The notes below the pieces were generated by a model. That model did no database searches. It saw only the letters and a list, made by a program, of their open reading frames with translations, and was not told the DNA's origin. Made by a program: the position numbers and the translations under genes. This document shows, piece by piece, positions 38,101 through 50,005 of a DNA stretch of 64,000 nucleotides (position 1 is the first letter of the stretch; every line of letters begins with the position of its first letter). The DNA is taken from NCBI GenBank assembly GCA_014905635.1, contig CM026547.1, positions 4,402,001-4,466,000 of the forward strand. The letters run 5' to 3'. Origin of the DNA: Scenedesmus sp. PABB004 (Eukaryota).

Positions 38101-39053
38101 ATTGTGTGACAGGGCGTGCGGCAGCAGCTGGAGAAGAAGGAGGGCCTGTTCCGCAAGAACATGATGGGCAAGCGCGTCAACTACGCGGCGCGCTCCGTCA
38201 TCAGCCCAGACCCCTACATCGGTGTGTGCCTCGCTCGCACGCGTGCGCTTTGTGCCTCGCCCGCACGCGTGCGCGCGGTCAGCGACGGCCCGGCCCCGGG
38301 CCGCGCCGCCGGGCGCACGTGCGCACGCGCGCGCGCCCACACCACACCGCCGCCGCCCCGCCGTCGCCGCGGGCGCAGGCGCTGGCGAGATCGGCGTGCC
38401 GCCCTACTTTGCGACGCGGCTGTCCTTCCCCGAGGCGGTCACGCCGTGGAACGTGGAGCGCCTGCGCGCGATGGTCACCAACGGCCACGAGACCCACCCC
38501 GGCGCGCTCGCTGTCGAGGACTGCAACGGCAAGACCGTGCTGCTCTCGCGGCTCAAGCCCCAGGTGCGCGCCGCGCGCCGGCGGCGGCAGCGGGGCGGCG
38601 GCGAGGGTGCTGCGCGCGCGCGTGTGCGCGCCCCGCGCGGCGACCGGCGGTCGCCGGCGTTGTCGGCGCTTCTCTCACCCCCGCCCGCCCGCCCGCCCGC
38701 CCGTGCCGGCTGCGACCGCAGCAACGCGAGGCGATCGCGAAGCAGCTGCTGCAGCCCAGCTTCACCGCGGGCGGCGGCCGGCGCGCGGGGCGGGGCGGCG
38801 CCGGCGCCGCGCCGGGCGGCGCGGGCGGCGTCGGCGTCGGCGGCGGGCGCGGCAAGGTGGTGCACCGGCACCTGCTCGACGGCGACGTCATGCTGACCAA
38901 CCGCCAGCCCACGCTGCACAAGCCGGGCCTCATGGCGCACAGGCGAGCCGCGCGCGCTCGCCGCCGGCTGCTGCTACACGGCGCCCGCGCCCCGCGCCCG
39001 CGCGCGCCGCGCCGCGTCCGCGGCCTGGGCCGCCGGGGCGGCGCCGACCGGCG

Positions 39054-39086
<33 letters not shown>

Positions 39087-42000
39087 ACGGCCGCAGGGCG
39101 CGCGTGCTGGCGGGCGAGCGCACCATCCGCATGCACTACGCCAACTGCGCGACGTTCAACGCCGACTTTGACGGCGACGAGATCAACCTCCACCTCCCGC
39201 AGGCGCGCCAGGGGGGGCGGCGGTTCAGGGCGTGGTTCAGGGCGCGGTTCAGGGCGCGGTTCAGGGCGGCTCAGGGCTGAGGGCCCGGGGGCGGAGGGGC
39301 GATCCCCCGCCGCACCGCGTCCGCGGCGCCGCCGCCGGCGCCGGGCCTCGCCGAGCGTGCCGGCCGCGCGCCGCGCCGCGCGCCGCGCGCAGGACCACCT
39401 GGGGCGCGCCGAGGGCTACGGCATCGTCCACGCGGACCGGCAGTTCATCGTGCCCACCGACGGCAAGCCCATCCGTGGCCTCATCCAGGACCACGTCGTC
39501 GCCGGCGTCATCCTCACCTGCAGGGACGCGTTCTTCACGCGCGCCGACTTCAGCCAGCTGCTGTTCGCGGCGTGCACGCCCTGGCGCCCGGGTGCGGCGG
39601 CGGCAGCGCCGCCGCACCCGCGCCGCGGCGTGCCGCGCAAGCGGCACGCGCGCCCCGTCCTGACCCCCCGCCTGCCCGCGCCGGCCCCCTGCAGGCGGCA
39701 CGCCCGCGGTGCAGCTCGTGCTGCCGCCGCCGGCGCTGCTCAAGCCGCGGCAGCTGTGGACGGGCAAGCAGCTGCTGAGCAGCGTCATCTGCCACTTTGC
39801 GGGCGGGCGGCCGCCGCTCACCTTCAGCAGCAGCAGCAAGGCGCGGCGCGCGCCCCCGCCGTCGCCCGCGCCCGCCGTTGCCCGCGCCTGCCGCGCCTGC
39901 CGCCCGCCCGCGCGCCGCGCCGAGCAGCGCGCCGCCGCCCGCCGCACCGCGCCGCGCCGCGCCGCCGCAGGTCCCGCTGAGCTACTGGGGCTCCGACAGC
40001 GACGAGGGCACCTTCCTGCTGCACAAGGGCCAGCTGCTCGCGGGCTGCCTCGACAAGGCGCAGTTTGGCAAGTTTGGCCTCGTGCACGCGATGCAGGAGC
40101 TCTACGGCGACGAGGTCGCCGGCGCGATGCTCAACGCGCTGAGCCGCCTCTTCACCATCTTCCTCCAGGGCCACGGCTTCACGTGCGGCATGGACGACCT
40201 GCTGCTCCAGGGCCGCGCCGAGGCGGCGCGCACGCGGGTGCGTGTGCGCGGCTCGGCGGCGCCGCGGCGGCGCCGCGGCGCGCGGTCGCGCGGCGCCGCA
40301 GCGGGGGCCGGCCACACCCTGTCGCCGCCGCGCGTGCGCCGCCGCGTGCGCGACAGGTGCTGGCCAAGGCCGAGCCGACCGCGCTGGCGGGCAGCGCCGA
40401 GGTCGTGCGCACCAAGCTGGTCGTCGCCAGCGCCATCGCGCAGGGGCAGGTGCGCGTGTGTGCGGGGCGGGGCAGTGGCGGCGTCGCAGCGCACACAGCG
40501 CGGCCAGCCTGCAGCCAGCGGCGCACAGCAGCACACGCGCAGCACACGCGCACGGACCGAGGGTGGGCCCGCGGGCACCTTTAGCCGGGCGCCTGCGGGC
40601 CGTTGACCAGGAGCACCCGGCCAGCCGGCCGCCCCCCGTGGGTGCACAGTCCTCAAGTGAACACCCGAGAGCGACGGCGCGCGGCCGAGCCTCGCCCGCG
40701 GGGCTCCCGCGCGCCCGCGACTGCTGATTCCATCACCTTGGGGAGCCCCGTCGGGGCAGTTACCTCGTGGGTCTTACCCAGCATGCGACACCGCCACAGC
40801 ACACAGCACACAGCGCAGCACAGCATGCACAGCACGCACAGCACGCAGCACAGCACGCGGCTCCCACCTCCCCCTCCCGTTCCCTGCACGCCGCGCGATA
40901 GCTCTCGCGCCGCGGCCGCCGCCGCCCCGCTGCGCACGTGCCCGCCCCCCGCGCCCTGCGCCCTGCGCCGCGGCACACAGGCGCGGCACCCCAAGTGGCC
41001 GCAGCTCGCCCCCGACGACGCTGCGCTCATCGCGCAGCAGCCGGGCAGCCGGCTCGCGGGGCTGCTCGCCGCGGAGCGCCTCGTCGTCGCGCGGCAGCTG
41101 GAGCAGCACTACTGCACCAACGGCGCCGCCACGGGCGCGGTGCACGACGCCAAGGTCACGGGTGCGCCGCGCCGCCCCGCGCCGCCCCGCGCCCTGCGCT
41201 CGCCGCCCGCCGCCCGCCGTGCCCGTCCCCCGCCCCGCGCCGCGCACGCCGCCGCCGGCCCGCGCCGCCGCCGGCCCACGCCGCCGCTAAAAACCCCGCG
41301 CCGCCGCTTAACCCCGACGCCTGTCCCGCTCGCCAGGCGTGATGCACCCGCTCGCGAGCGAGGTGATCAAGGCCTGCATCCCCGGCGGCCAGGCCAAGCC
41401 CTTCCCCGCCAACTGCATGTCCCTCATGACCGTCAGCGGCGCCAAGGGCAGCACGGTCAACTTCAGCCAGATCGCGTGCCTGCTCGGCCAGCAGGCGCGC
41501 GCCGCGCCGCGCGCGCCAGCCCCGCCCGCGCACGCGCCGCAAGAACAGCCCCGCCCGGCCCGCTCACGCGCGCGCGCGCGCGCGCGCGGCCGCGGCGCGC
41601 GCGCGCGGCGAGCTCGCGCAGGAGCTGGAGGGCCGCCGCGTGCCGCGCACGAGCGCGGGCAAGTCGCTGCCGTGCTTCCGGCCCTACGACGGCGGCGCGC
41701 GCGCGGGCGGCTTTGTGGGCGACCGCTTCCTCACGGGCCTGCGCCCCCAGGAGTACTACTTCCACTGCATGGCCGGGCGGTGCGTGGGCGGTGTGTTTGT
41801 GTGTTTGTGTGTGTGTGGTGGGTGGGTGTGTGTGCGTGTGTGGGAGTGGGTGTGAGGGGAGGGGAGGGGGACACACACGCAGAGGCTGAGCCGCGCACGC
41901 GCGCCTCACGCGGCCCGCGCGCCTCACGCGCCGCCGCCGCCGCCGCCGCTGCACGCGCGCGCGCGCGCGCGCAGCGAGGGCCTCGTCGACACGACGGTCA

Positions 42001-45000
42001 AGACGAGCCGCTCCGGGTACCTGCAGCGCTGCCTGGTCAAGAACCTCGAGGCGCTGCGCGTCGGCTACGACGGCACCGTGCGCGACGTGTGCGACGGCAG
42101 CATCGTGCAGCTCTACTACGGCGACGACGGCCTCGACGTCACGCGCGTGAGCTACATGAAGCAGACCGCCTTCCTCGCCGCCAACGCCGCGAGCGCGGCG
42201 CGCCAGCTCGGCCTCGCCGACGGCGGCGGCGGCGGCGGCGGCGACGGCGGCGCCGCCGCGCTCGCAGCGCGGCTGCAGGCGCGGCTGCGCGAGCTCGGGC
42301 TGCTCGGCGGCCGCCAGGCGGAGGCCGCGGCCGCGCTCGCGTCGCGCGGGCGGCTGCTGGAGGCGGCGGCGCGCGGCGACGCGCGCGCGGCGCGGGAGCT
42401 GCGCGAGGCGTTGCCCCTCATGGGCAGGTGCGGCGCGGCACGCGGCGCGCGCCGGCACGCGCCCGCCGTCGGCACGCGTCTCTATCCGCAGCGCCCGCGC
42501 CCCTCCCCGACTCGACCGCCCGTGCGCCGCGCCGCGCCGCCGCGCGCGCCGCGCGCAGGTTCTTCCCGTCTGTGCTGGGCGCGACGAGCGAGGCGTTTGC
42601 CGACGCGGTGGAGGCCTTCTGCGCGGCGCCGCCGCAGCACCTGCTGCTCACGGCCGACGGCGCGGCCGCGGCGGCCGACGCGGCCGCGGCGGCGGCTGAG
42701 CTCGAGGCCGCCGCCGGCGGCAAGGGCAAGAAGGACAAGGCCGGCGGCAAGGCGGAGCGGCGGCGCGAGGAGCTGGTGCAGCGCCTCGTGTCGCGGCAGC
42801 TCGTGGCCTCGGAGACCAAGATGGCCCAGATGGCCGCTGAGGGTGCGGCGCGCGCGCGCGCGCGCGGCGCAGCGGCCGGCCGGGGGCGCCGCGTCACGAC
42901 GCGCACTCCTGCCCTGCCCCGCGCCGCCGCGTCCGCCGCCCTCAAACCCTCGACCCTCAACCCCTGCCCCGCGCTGACGCCGACAGACTTCCGGGCGCTG
43001 ATGCAGCTCAAGTTTATGTCGGCGCTCGCGGCGCCGGGCGAGGCGGTCGGCGTCATCGCGGCGCAGAGCGTTGGCGAGCCCTCCACGCAGGCGCGCAGCG
43101 CGCGGCGCGCGGCAGCGGCGCACGCGGGGCGCTGCGGCGCTGCGGCGGCCACGGGCGGCCGGGGGCGGCGGGGCGGGGGGCGCGCGCCCGTGTGTCCATA
43201 CCTGAAATGGCAATGACGGTCAAACTGACGCGCCTGCTGCCCTGGCGCAGATGACGCTCAACACCTTCCACATGGCCGGCCGCGGCGAGGCCAACGTCAC
43301 GCTCGGCATCCCGCGCCTGCGCGAGATCCTGATGACCGCGGCGCCGCGCATCAAGGTGCGGCCCGCGCAGCACGGCAGCGCGCGCGGCGCGGCGCGGCGC
43401 GGCGCTGCTCGGTCTGTCCCGCGCCTCGCCGCCGCGGCCGCCGCCGCCGCCCGCCTGCGCGCGCCGCACTCACAATCAATTGTGTGGCGCCGCGCTGCCA
43501 GACGCCGACGATGACCATGCCGCTGCGGTCGAGCGTGGACGACGCCGCCGCGCAGCTGCTGGCCAACCGCATGCGGCGGCTGCGGCTCGCAGAGTGCCTG
43601 CGCGGCATCAAGGTGCGCGGCCGGCCGGGGCGGGAGCCGTCGGGCGCTGCGGGGCGGCTTGGGGCTGTGGCAGGGCTTAAGGGTTTGTCCAGCGGGGGTG
43701 GTTGTGTGCGGGGTTCAGTTGCCGACGCCCCTCACTCACCATGGCGAAGCCCCTCAATGGCGCGCCGCGGCCTTTGATGGGCGCACAGCGCAGCCCAGCG
43801 GAGCACCATCAGGCAAGCGGGCGCCCACCCGTGGCGGACCGCTGTTCTTTGGCCCGCACATGTTGTGATTGTCTTTCTTTTTTTTTCTTTCTCCTCTCCC
43901 CCGAGCACACACGCACACACACCAGCGCGCCGCTGCCGCGCTCCTCAACGAGCCGCGCCACCCGCGCGCCGCGCCGCCCTTTTCCCGCGCGCGCAGCTGT
44001 GGGAGCGGCCCGTCGTGCCGGCGCCGCACCTGCCCGGCGGCGGGCGCTGGGGCAAGGGCTACGACCTGCAGCTGCGCTTCTACGACATGGAACAGTACCC
44101 CAAGGTGCGCCCACTGGTCAGCTGCTTGTTGTGTGACTGTGCAGCTGCCTGTTTAATTGCTCGCTTATGTCAAGCAGTCGAGGGAGCGCTCGGCCGCGGC
44201 GCGCCCGCTCCAGCCGCCGACCGGGCGTTGAGCGTGGCCGCGGGACGGGCGCCGCGCGCGAGCTGACCGCCGGCCGCCGGCCGCCGCCGCAGGGCGCGGA
44301 GCTGACGTGGGCGGCGCTCGAGGAGGCGCTGGTCAAGGGCTTTGTGCCGCAGCTGCGCGCGGCGCTGCGCAAGCAGCTCAAGGTGCAGGGCCTCGCCATC
44401 GGCAAGGGCGTCGCCGTCAGCGCGGCCGGCGACGAGGGCGGCGGCGGCGGCGCCCGCGGCGCAGGTGCGCGCGCTGTCGGTTGTGTGCGGGCGCGGTTTT
44501 TCTGCGTGGTTTTGTGTGGTTGGCCGCCAGGTTTCTATGCACATTGCACACTGCAGCAGCCCTCAGCCAGCCAGCCGCCCTCACTCACCATGGCGAAGCC
44601 CCTCAATGGCACGCCGCGGCCTTTCAGGGGCGCACAGCGCAGCCCAGCGGAGCACCATCAGGCAAGCGGGCGCCCACCCCGTGGCGGACCGCTGTTCTTT
44701 GGCCCGCACACGACCTCCACCCCTCTCCCCACCCCAAACCTCCCCTCACCGCCGTGCCGCCCAGCTCACGCGCCGCCCCCGCGCCGCCCCCGCGCCGCCC
44801 GCGGGCCGCCGCCCAGCGGCCGCCGACGAGGACGGCGGTGACGGCGAGGGCGGAGAGGGCGGCGGCAGCAGCCGCGGCCGCGCCAAGGCGGCGGAGCGGC
44901 AGGAGGTGGACGCCGACGACGACCGGCCGGACGAGGCAGCAGAGGACGAGGAGGTGCGGCGGCGCGCCCTGGCGGCGCCTGGGAGGCGCCTGGGAGGCGC

Positions 45001-46577
45001 CCCAGGCCGCCGGCTGCGCCTGCGCGCGCTCGCCGGCCCCCGCTCACGCCGCGCGCGGCCGCGGCCGGCAGGCGGACGAGGAGCTGCGCGAGGGCAAGCT
45101 GCGCTTCCGCGGCGGCCGCGGCGAGGCGGCGACGTACGACGACGGCGACGAGGTGCGGCGCCGCGCCGGCGCGGGCGCGGGACTGGGGCTGAGGAGGGTT
45201 GAGGGCTGGTGGTCCCGTGGGCCGCGCCGCGCTGACGGCCGGGCCGACGGCCGCCGCGCGGGCTCGCGCGCTGGGCGCCGCCGCAGGAGGACGCCGACCT
45301 CAACGCGGCCATTGACGTCGCGATGAAGCAGCGCCTGGGCGAGGAGGAGTCGGAGGAGACCGACGACGGCGCGGACGGCGAGCAGCAGCAGCAGGAGCAG
45401 GAGCAGCGCGGCGGCTCGCCCGACGGCGCCGCGCCGCCGGCCGGCGCCCGGGGCCAGCAGGCGCTGGCCGCGGCGGCCGCCGCGGCGGCGGCCAAGCGCG
45501 GCGGCGGCGCCGCCGCCACGCCGGCAGCGGCCAAGGCTGCGGCCCGCCGCGCCGGCGCGCGGATGGTCGGCGACGAAACGGTGAGCTGCCGCATCGACGA
45601 GGAGCGCCACCGCTGCTACATCCAGGTGCGCCCCGCCGCGCCCCGCCGTGCTCGCCCGCTCGCGCGCCGCGCCCGCGCCGGGGCTCTCACACGCCCGCGC
45701 CGGCAGGTGGTGCTGCCGCTGGCCGCGCCCAAGGTGCTCATGCTGGAGCTGGCGGAGGAGGTCGCCGCGAGCGTGCTGGTGCACCACGTGTCCGGCATCC
45801 AGGCGGTGCGCCGCGCGCAGCCGCAGCACCCGCCGCCGCTCGCCGCCGCCGCGTCCGCGCGTGCCCGCTGCCGCTCGCTGCCGCAGCGCGCGCCCGCCGA
45901 CGCCGGCGCCGCGCCGCCGCCGGGCGCCAGGTGCACCTGCTGGACCCGGACAAGCCCGGCCAGCCGCGGCGGCTGCAGACGGAGGGCATCAACTTCCCGG
46001 GCGTGTGGGCGCAGGGCGGGCTGCTGGACGTCGACGCGATTGCCTGCAACGACGTCCACGCCATGCTCACCACGTATGGCGTCGAGGCGGCGCGCGCGAC
46101 GATCCTCAAGGAGGTCCAGGTGCGCTAGCTAACAGCAGCAGCGCACGCCCGGGCACGCGGCGGCGGCGCGGCGCGGCGCGGCCGCCGGGGCGCCGCACAC
46201 GGCCGGCCAACGCCGCCGCCGCCGCCGCCCGCCGCCGCCGCGCCGCCGCCGCGCGCCGCCGCCGCCGCCGCCCGCGCGCGCGTGCTGCGCAGTCTGTGTT
46301 TGGCGCGTACGGCATCGGCGTCGACCCGCGGCACCTGGGGCTCATCGCCGACTTTATGACCCACACGGGCGGCTACCGCGCGTGCAACCGTCTCGGCATC
46401 GACTGCGAGACGAGCCCGCTGCTGAAGATGTCGTTCGAGACGGCGGCCAAGTTCCTCATGGACGCCGCGCTCACGGGCGACGGCGACGCGCTCACCAGCC
46501 CCGCCGCGCGGCTCGTGGTCGGCCAGGTCACGCAGGTCGGCACGGGGTGCTGCAAGGTGCTGCACATGCTCGCGTGA
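35189..46577 (+). CDS. RPA1: DNA-directed RNA polymerase I largest subunit, about 31 exons
   Basis: [59 protein letters not shown]; catalytic [16 protein letters not shown] (near 39158); [73 protein letters not shown]. Confidence 0.98.
39219..39276. repeat. Intronic ~12-nt tandem repeat (gcggttcagggc) x4-5
   Basis: Directly visible in the RPA1 intron starting at 39203. Confidence 0.75.
40575..40793 (+). ncRNA. Possible intronic cluster of single-hairpin H/ACA-like RNAs
   Basis: Within the long RPA1 intron 40450-40980. Hairpin A GCACC(40575)..GGUGC then ACA(40646). Hairpin B UGCUG(40722)..CAGCA then ACA(40788), with the upper stem ending about 15 nt before ACA. Composition differs from typical introns. 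Confidence 0.4.
43725..43863 (+). ncRNA. Candidate intronic H/ACA-type snoRNA(s), copy 1
   Basis: Hairpin CGCCC..GGGCG with upper stem CCAUGGCG/CGCCGCGG ending exactly 14 nt before ACA(43785). Second hairpin GCGGGC..GCCCGC immediately followed by ACA(43858). Near-identical copy at 44576-44713. Confidence 0.7.
44576..44713 (+). ncRNA. Candidate intronic H/ACA-type snoRNA(s), copy 2
   Basis: Same sequence and structure as 43725-43863 with few differences; ACA at 44634 and 44708. Similarity stops right after the last ACA. Confidence 0.7.
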
Positions 46578-47207
46578 GGCGCACGCGGTCGAGGCGGTCA
46601 ACGGCGGTTGCGCGCCGCGCAGCGCGGCGCGGCGGCGGTCGCGGTAGCAGCAGCAGGGGTGTGTGCAGGTGTGCAGGCGTGCAGGGAGCGAGCGGAGGGC
46701 GGCGCCGGGCCTTGCAACCGCGCGGGCCGGTGAGCAGCGGCCCCCGCGGCGCAGGCGGCGCGCGGGTCAAGCACGCGCCAGCGCGACCGCAGTAGCCGTG
46801 ACCGCGGCGGCGTGTGTGCGCAAAGGGGCTGGTCGCGGGGTGGGCAGCTGGCCGAGCCGCCGATGACGAGAGCGTCGCGACGCGCGCCGCCGGGCACCCG
46901 GCGCTCCAAGACCGCCCCCGCGCCGCCCCGCGCGTCACGCACAATTACGAACCACACGCGCACGTCTCCAACGACACCCAGAGAGAGCGCAGCGCTCGAC
47001 GCCACCGCGCACGCAGCCGACAGCGACAGCGACGCAGCGCGCGACACACCTGCAGGCCGCCGCGCTGCGTGGCGTAGTCGTCCAGACTTTCGGACGCCCA
47101 GTTCAGGCGCCATTGGCATCGCGGCGTGCACCTAGGCGCGACAGCAGGACAGCTCGCAGGCGCCTCCCTCGCCAGGCCCCCGCGCCCTCGGCCGCGGCCT
47201 CCCCGAC

Positions 47208-48078
47208 ATGCTGCAGGCGGTCTCCACCGCCCTGCTGGCGCGCGGCGTCGGCGCGGCGCTGGCGCCGGCGCTGGGCACCGCCGGCCTGCGCGCCCTCGCG
47301 TCGCTCCGCGGCCTCGCCACCGGCGCCGCGTCCGGGCACCCCGGCGTGCGCTGCAGCTGCAGCGGCGCCGCGGGAACGGCGGGCGCGGCGGGCGCTGGCG
47401 CCGCGCGCGCGTACGGACAGCCTGCGTTTGCAGAGTCCGACGCCGCGCCGGGCGGCACGGCCGGCGGCGCGCCGCTGGCCATCCCCGACGTCCGGGGCCG
47501 CATCCACAGCACCGAGAGCTTCAGCGCCGTCGACGGCCCGGGCGTGCGCTTCCTGGTCTTCACGCAGGCGCGCGGCCGCGCGCGCGGCAGGGGCGGCGCG
47601 CGCGACGCGCGCGGTGGGCCAGCGCTCGCCCCGCTCAGCAGCGCGCTCACGCCGCGCCCCGTCACCCACCGCGCCCGCGCGCGCAGGGCTGCGCGATGCG
47701 CTGCCTCTTCTGCAGCAACCCCGACACCTGGAGCCCGCACGCGGGCGAGGAGGTGTCGAGCAAAGACATCGCCGCCCAGATCCGCTCCGTCGCGCCCTAC
47801 CTGCGCCCCGGCGGCGGCGGCGTGACCTGCTCCGGCGGCGAGCCGCTCCTGCAGGTGCGCGCGCGCGGCAGCGGGCGGGCGGCGGGCGGCGGGCGGGCGC
47901 AACGGGCCGCGCGACCTGCGCCCCCCGCGTGTCCGCTCACGCGCGTTCCGCCGCACGCCGCGCGCAGCCCGACTTCACGGCCGCGATCTTCCAGGAGGCG
48001 CACGCGCTCGGCCTGACGACCTGCCTGGACACCACGGGCCAGGGCAGCAAGCACCACAACTGGGACAAGGTGCGCCGC

Positions 48079-48144
<66 letters not shown>

Positions 48145-48933
48145 ACGCGCGCGCCGGACGCGCCGCGCGCGCCGCCGCTGAGGCCGCGGCCCTGCCGCAC
48201 GCGCGCCGCCCAGGTGCTGCCGCACACCGACATGGTGCTGTTCTGCGTGAAGCACCTCGACCCCGCGCGCTACACCTCGCTCACCGGCCTGCGCCAGCTC
48301 GGCGCGCTGCGCTTCGCCGACGAGCTCCGTGCCGCCGCCATCCCCTTCTGGCTGCGGTGCGCGCCCGCCCGCGCGCGCGCGCGCGCGCCGCGGGGGGCCG
48401 GCGGCGGTGCGCCCGCGGGGCCCGCGCTGCTCGCGCGGGTCGGGGCCCTGCGCCTCACCGCCGCGCCTGCTGCCCCGCCGCCGCCGCCGCCCCGCGCGCG
48501 CCTGTCACGCAGGTATGTGCTCATCCCGGGGCACACCGACGACGCGGCCGGCATCGACAAGCTCATCGCATTCTGCCAGAGCCACCCGAGCCTCATGGTG
48601 CGCGCGCGCCCGCGCACCAGCCCGGCCGGCGCCGCGCGCGCGGCGCAGCCCGGCCGGCGCCGCCCGTGCGGCCGCCCGCGCACCCGCCCGCGCGGCCGCC
48701 CGCCGACTGGCCCCGCCGCCGCGCGCGCCGGGGCGCAGGGCGTGGAGCTGTTGCCGTACCACCTGCTCGGGCGCAACAAGTGGGACGAGATGAACATGGC
48801 CTACCCCCTCGACGGCGTGGCGCCGCCGCCGCTCGAGGCGACGCTGGCGGTGGTCGACCGGCTCGAGGCGGCGGGGCTGAATGTCATCTGCGACGCCAAG
48901 CGCGCGCGCGGGCCCGCGCCGGGCGCGCTGTGA
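47208..48933 (+). CDS. pflA: Pyruvate formate-lyase activating enzyme (radical SAM), organelle-targeted
   Basis: Targeting peptide MLQAVSTALLARG..; GRIHSTESFSAVDGPGVRFLVFTQ|GCAMRCLFCSNPDTW (CxxxCxxC); GGVTCSGGEPLLQ; CLDTTG; WLRYVLIPGHTD; VELLPYHLLGRNKW. Confidence 0.96.
48083..48143. repeat. (GCC)n microsatellite, about 20 units, intronic
   Basis: Directly visible in a PFL-AE intron. Confidence 0.9.
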
Positions 48934-50005
48934 CGCGGCCGCACGCGGGCGCGGCGCGCGCGCGACGCGGCGGCGCGCAGCCGCGCGGCCGCGCGGCCCC
49001 CGCCTTCCTGTGGGGCGCCGCCGGCGGCGCGGCGCGTGCGTCGGCGCGTGTGTGTGCATCGGCGAACGCTCCGGGCTCCCGGCGCTCGCTCGGCCAGCAT
49101 TTTTTGATGCGCCTTTTCCAGCAGCGTGCGCCTCTCTGTGTCTGCCTCTCTCTCTCTCTCTGCACTGCCTGGCGGGCGGGCGGCGGCGGCGCGCCGACAG
49201 CCGCGTGCAGAGGCGGCGCGCCGCCGCCCCCGCCCGCGCGCGACGCATCCCGCAGCTGCCTGCGTCCGCAGGCGCCGTCGCCGCGCGCCTCGCGCCGTGC
49301 GCGGCGCGCCCATCGCACCGTCATTCATGCTTGTTGTTGCTCCGGCCGGCCCACGCCGGCCCATTTGCGCCCCGCGCAGAACCCACCCACTAACCCCGGC
49401 TGCTGCGCAGGCGCGCGCGCGCCCGCCCGTGCAGGCACGGCGGCGGCGCGCACGCGCCGACTCGCGCGCCGGGCTTGCAGGCTGCTATGCCATGATCAGG
49501 GGCATTCAGGGCACAATTAGGGCATTTTTCAGGGCACGCGATCGCGTACATCAAGAAGCACACCGCGGGAACGAGGAGGGCAGCGCGCGTGTGCCACGAC
49601 CGACCTCGGTCGTGTGCGGGCAAGGCGCCGGCCGCCGCGCTGCGACGCGCGGCGCGCCACCCCAAGGTGCCGCCTCCCGCGAGCAAGGTTTGGAGTACTG
49701 CGCCTTGACCAACGCAACCCCACGTGCGGGGCGGCGGGCTGGCCGCGAAGAGGGTGATCGGAAGGGGGCGGGAGATGACAGCGGGGGGATGAACAGCGAG
49801 GGGCCGCGCCTTGGCGGCAGCAGCAGCCGCGCGGCTGGCTGGCGACGGGCTGCTGCCGAGGCGCGCGGGATGCACGTGTTACGCCGCTACGAGCCCCCCG
49901 CCCCGCGCGTTCACCGACGACCCCCGCCGCCGCGCGGCGCCGCGCCCCTGCTGCCGCTGCAGCAGGGGTCCGCGCGCGCCGCGCTGCCGCGCCGCTGCCG
50001 GCGCG

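Noticed and set aside
43185..43235. AT-richer intronic stretch with two CTGA motifs as a C/D box snoRNA
   Set aside because: No RUGAUGA C box, the last CTGAC sits at the usual branch-point position, and no rRNA complement was recognised.
43725..44713. Duplicated 135-nt element as a coding exon (MAKPLNG..), CRISPR repeat or transposon
   Set aside because: Both copies lie inside GT..AG introns whose removal leaves RPA1 in frame. Only two copies, no spacers, no terminal inverted repeats or target-site duplication. The structure fits ACA hairpins better.
35189..46577. RNA polymerase subunit as a viral (NCLDV) or Pol II/III gene
   Set aside because: Pol I-specific motifs ([39 protein letters not shown]), about 30 host-type introns, no CTD and no viral neighbours.
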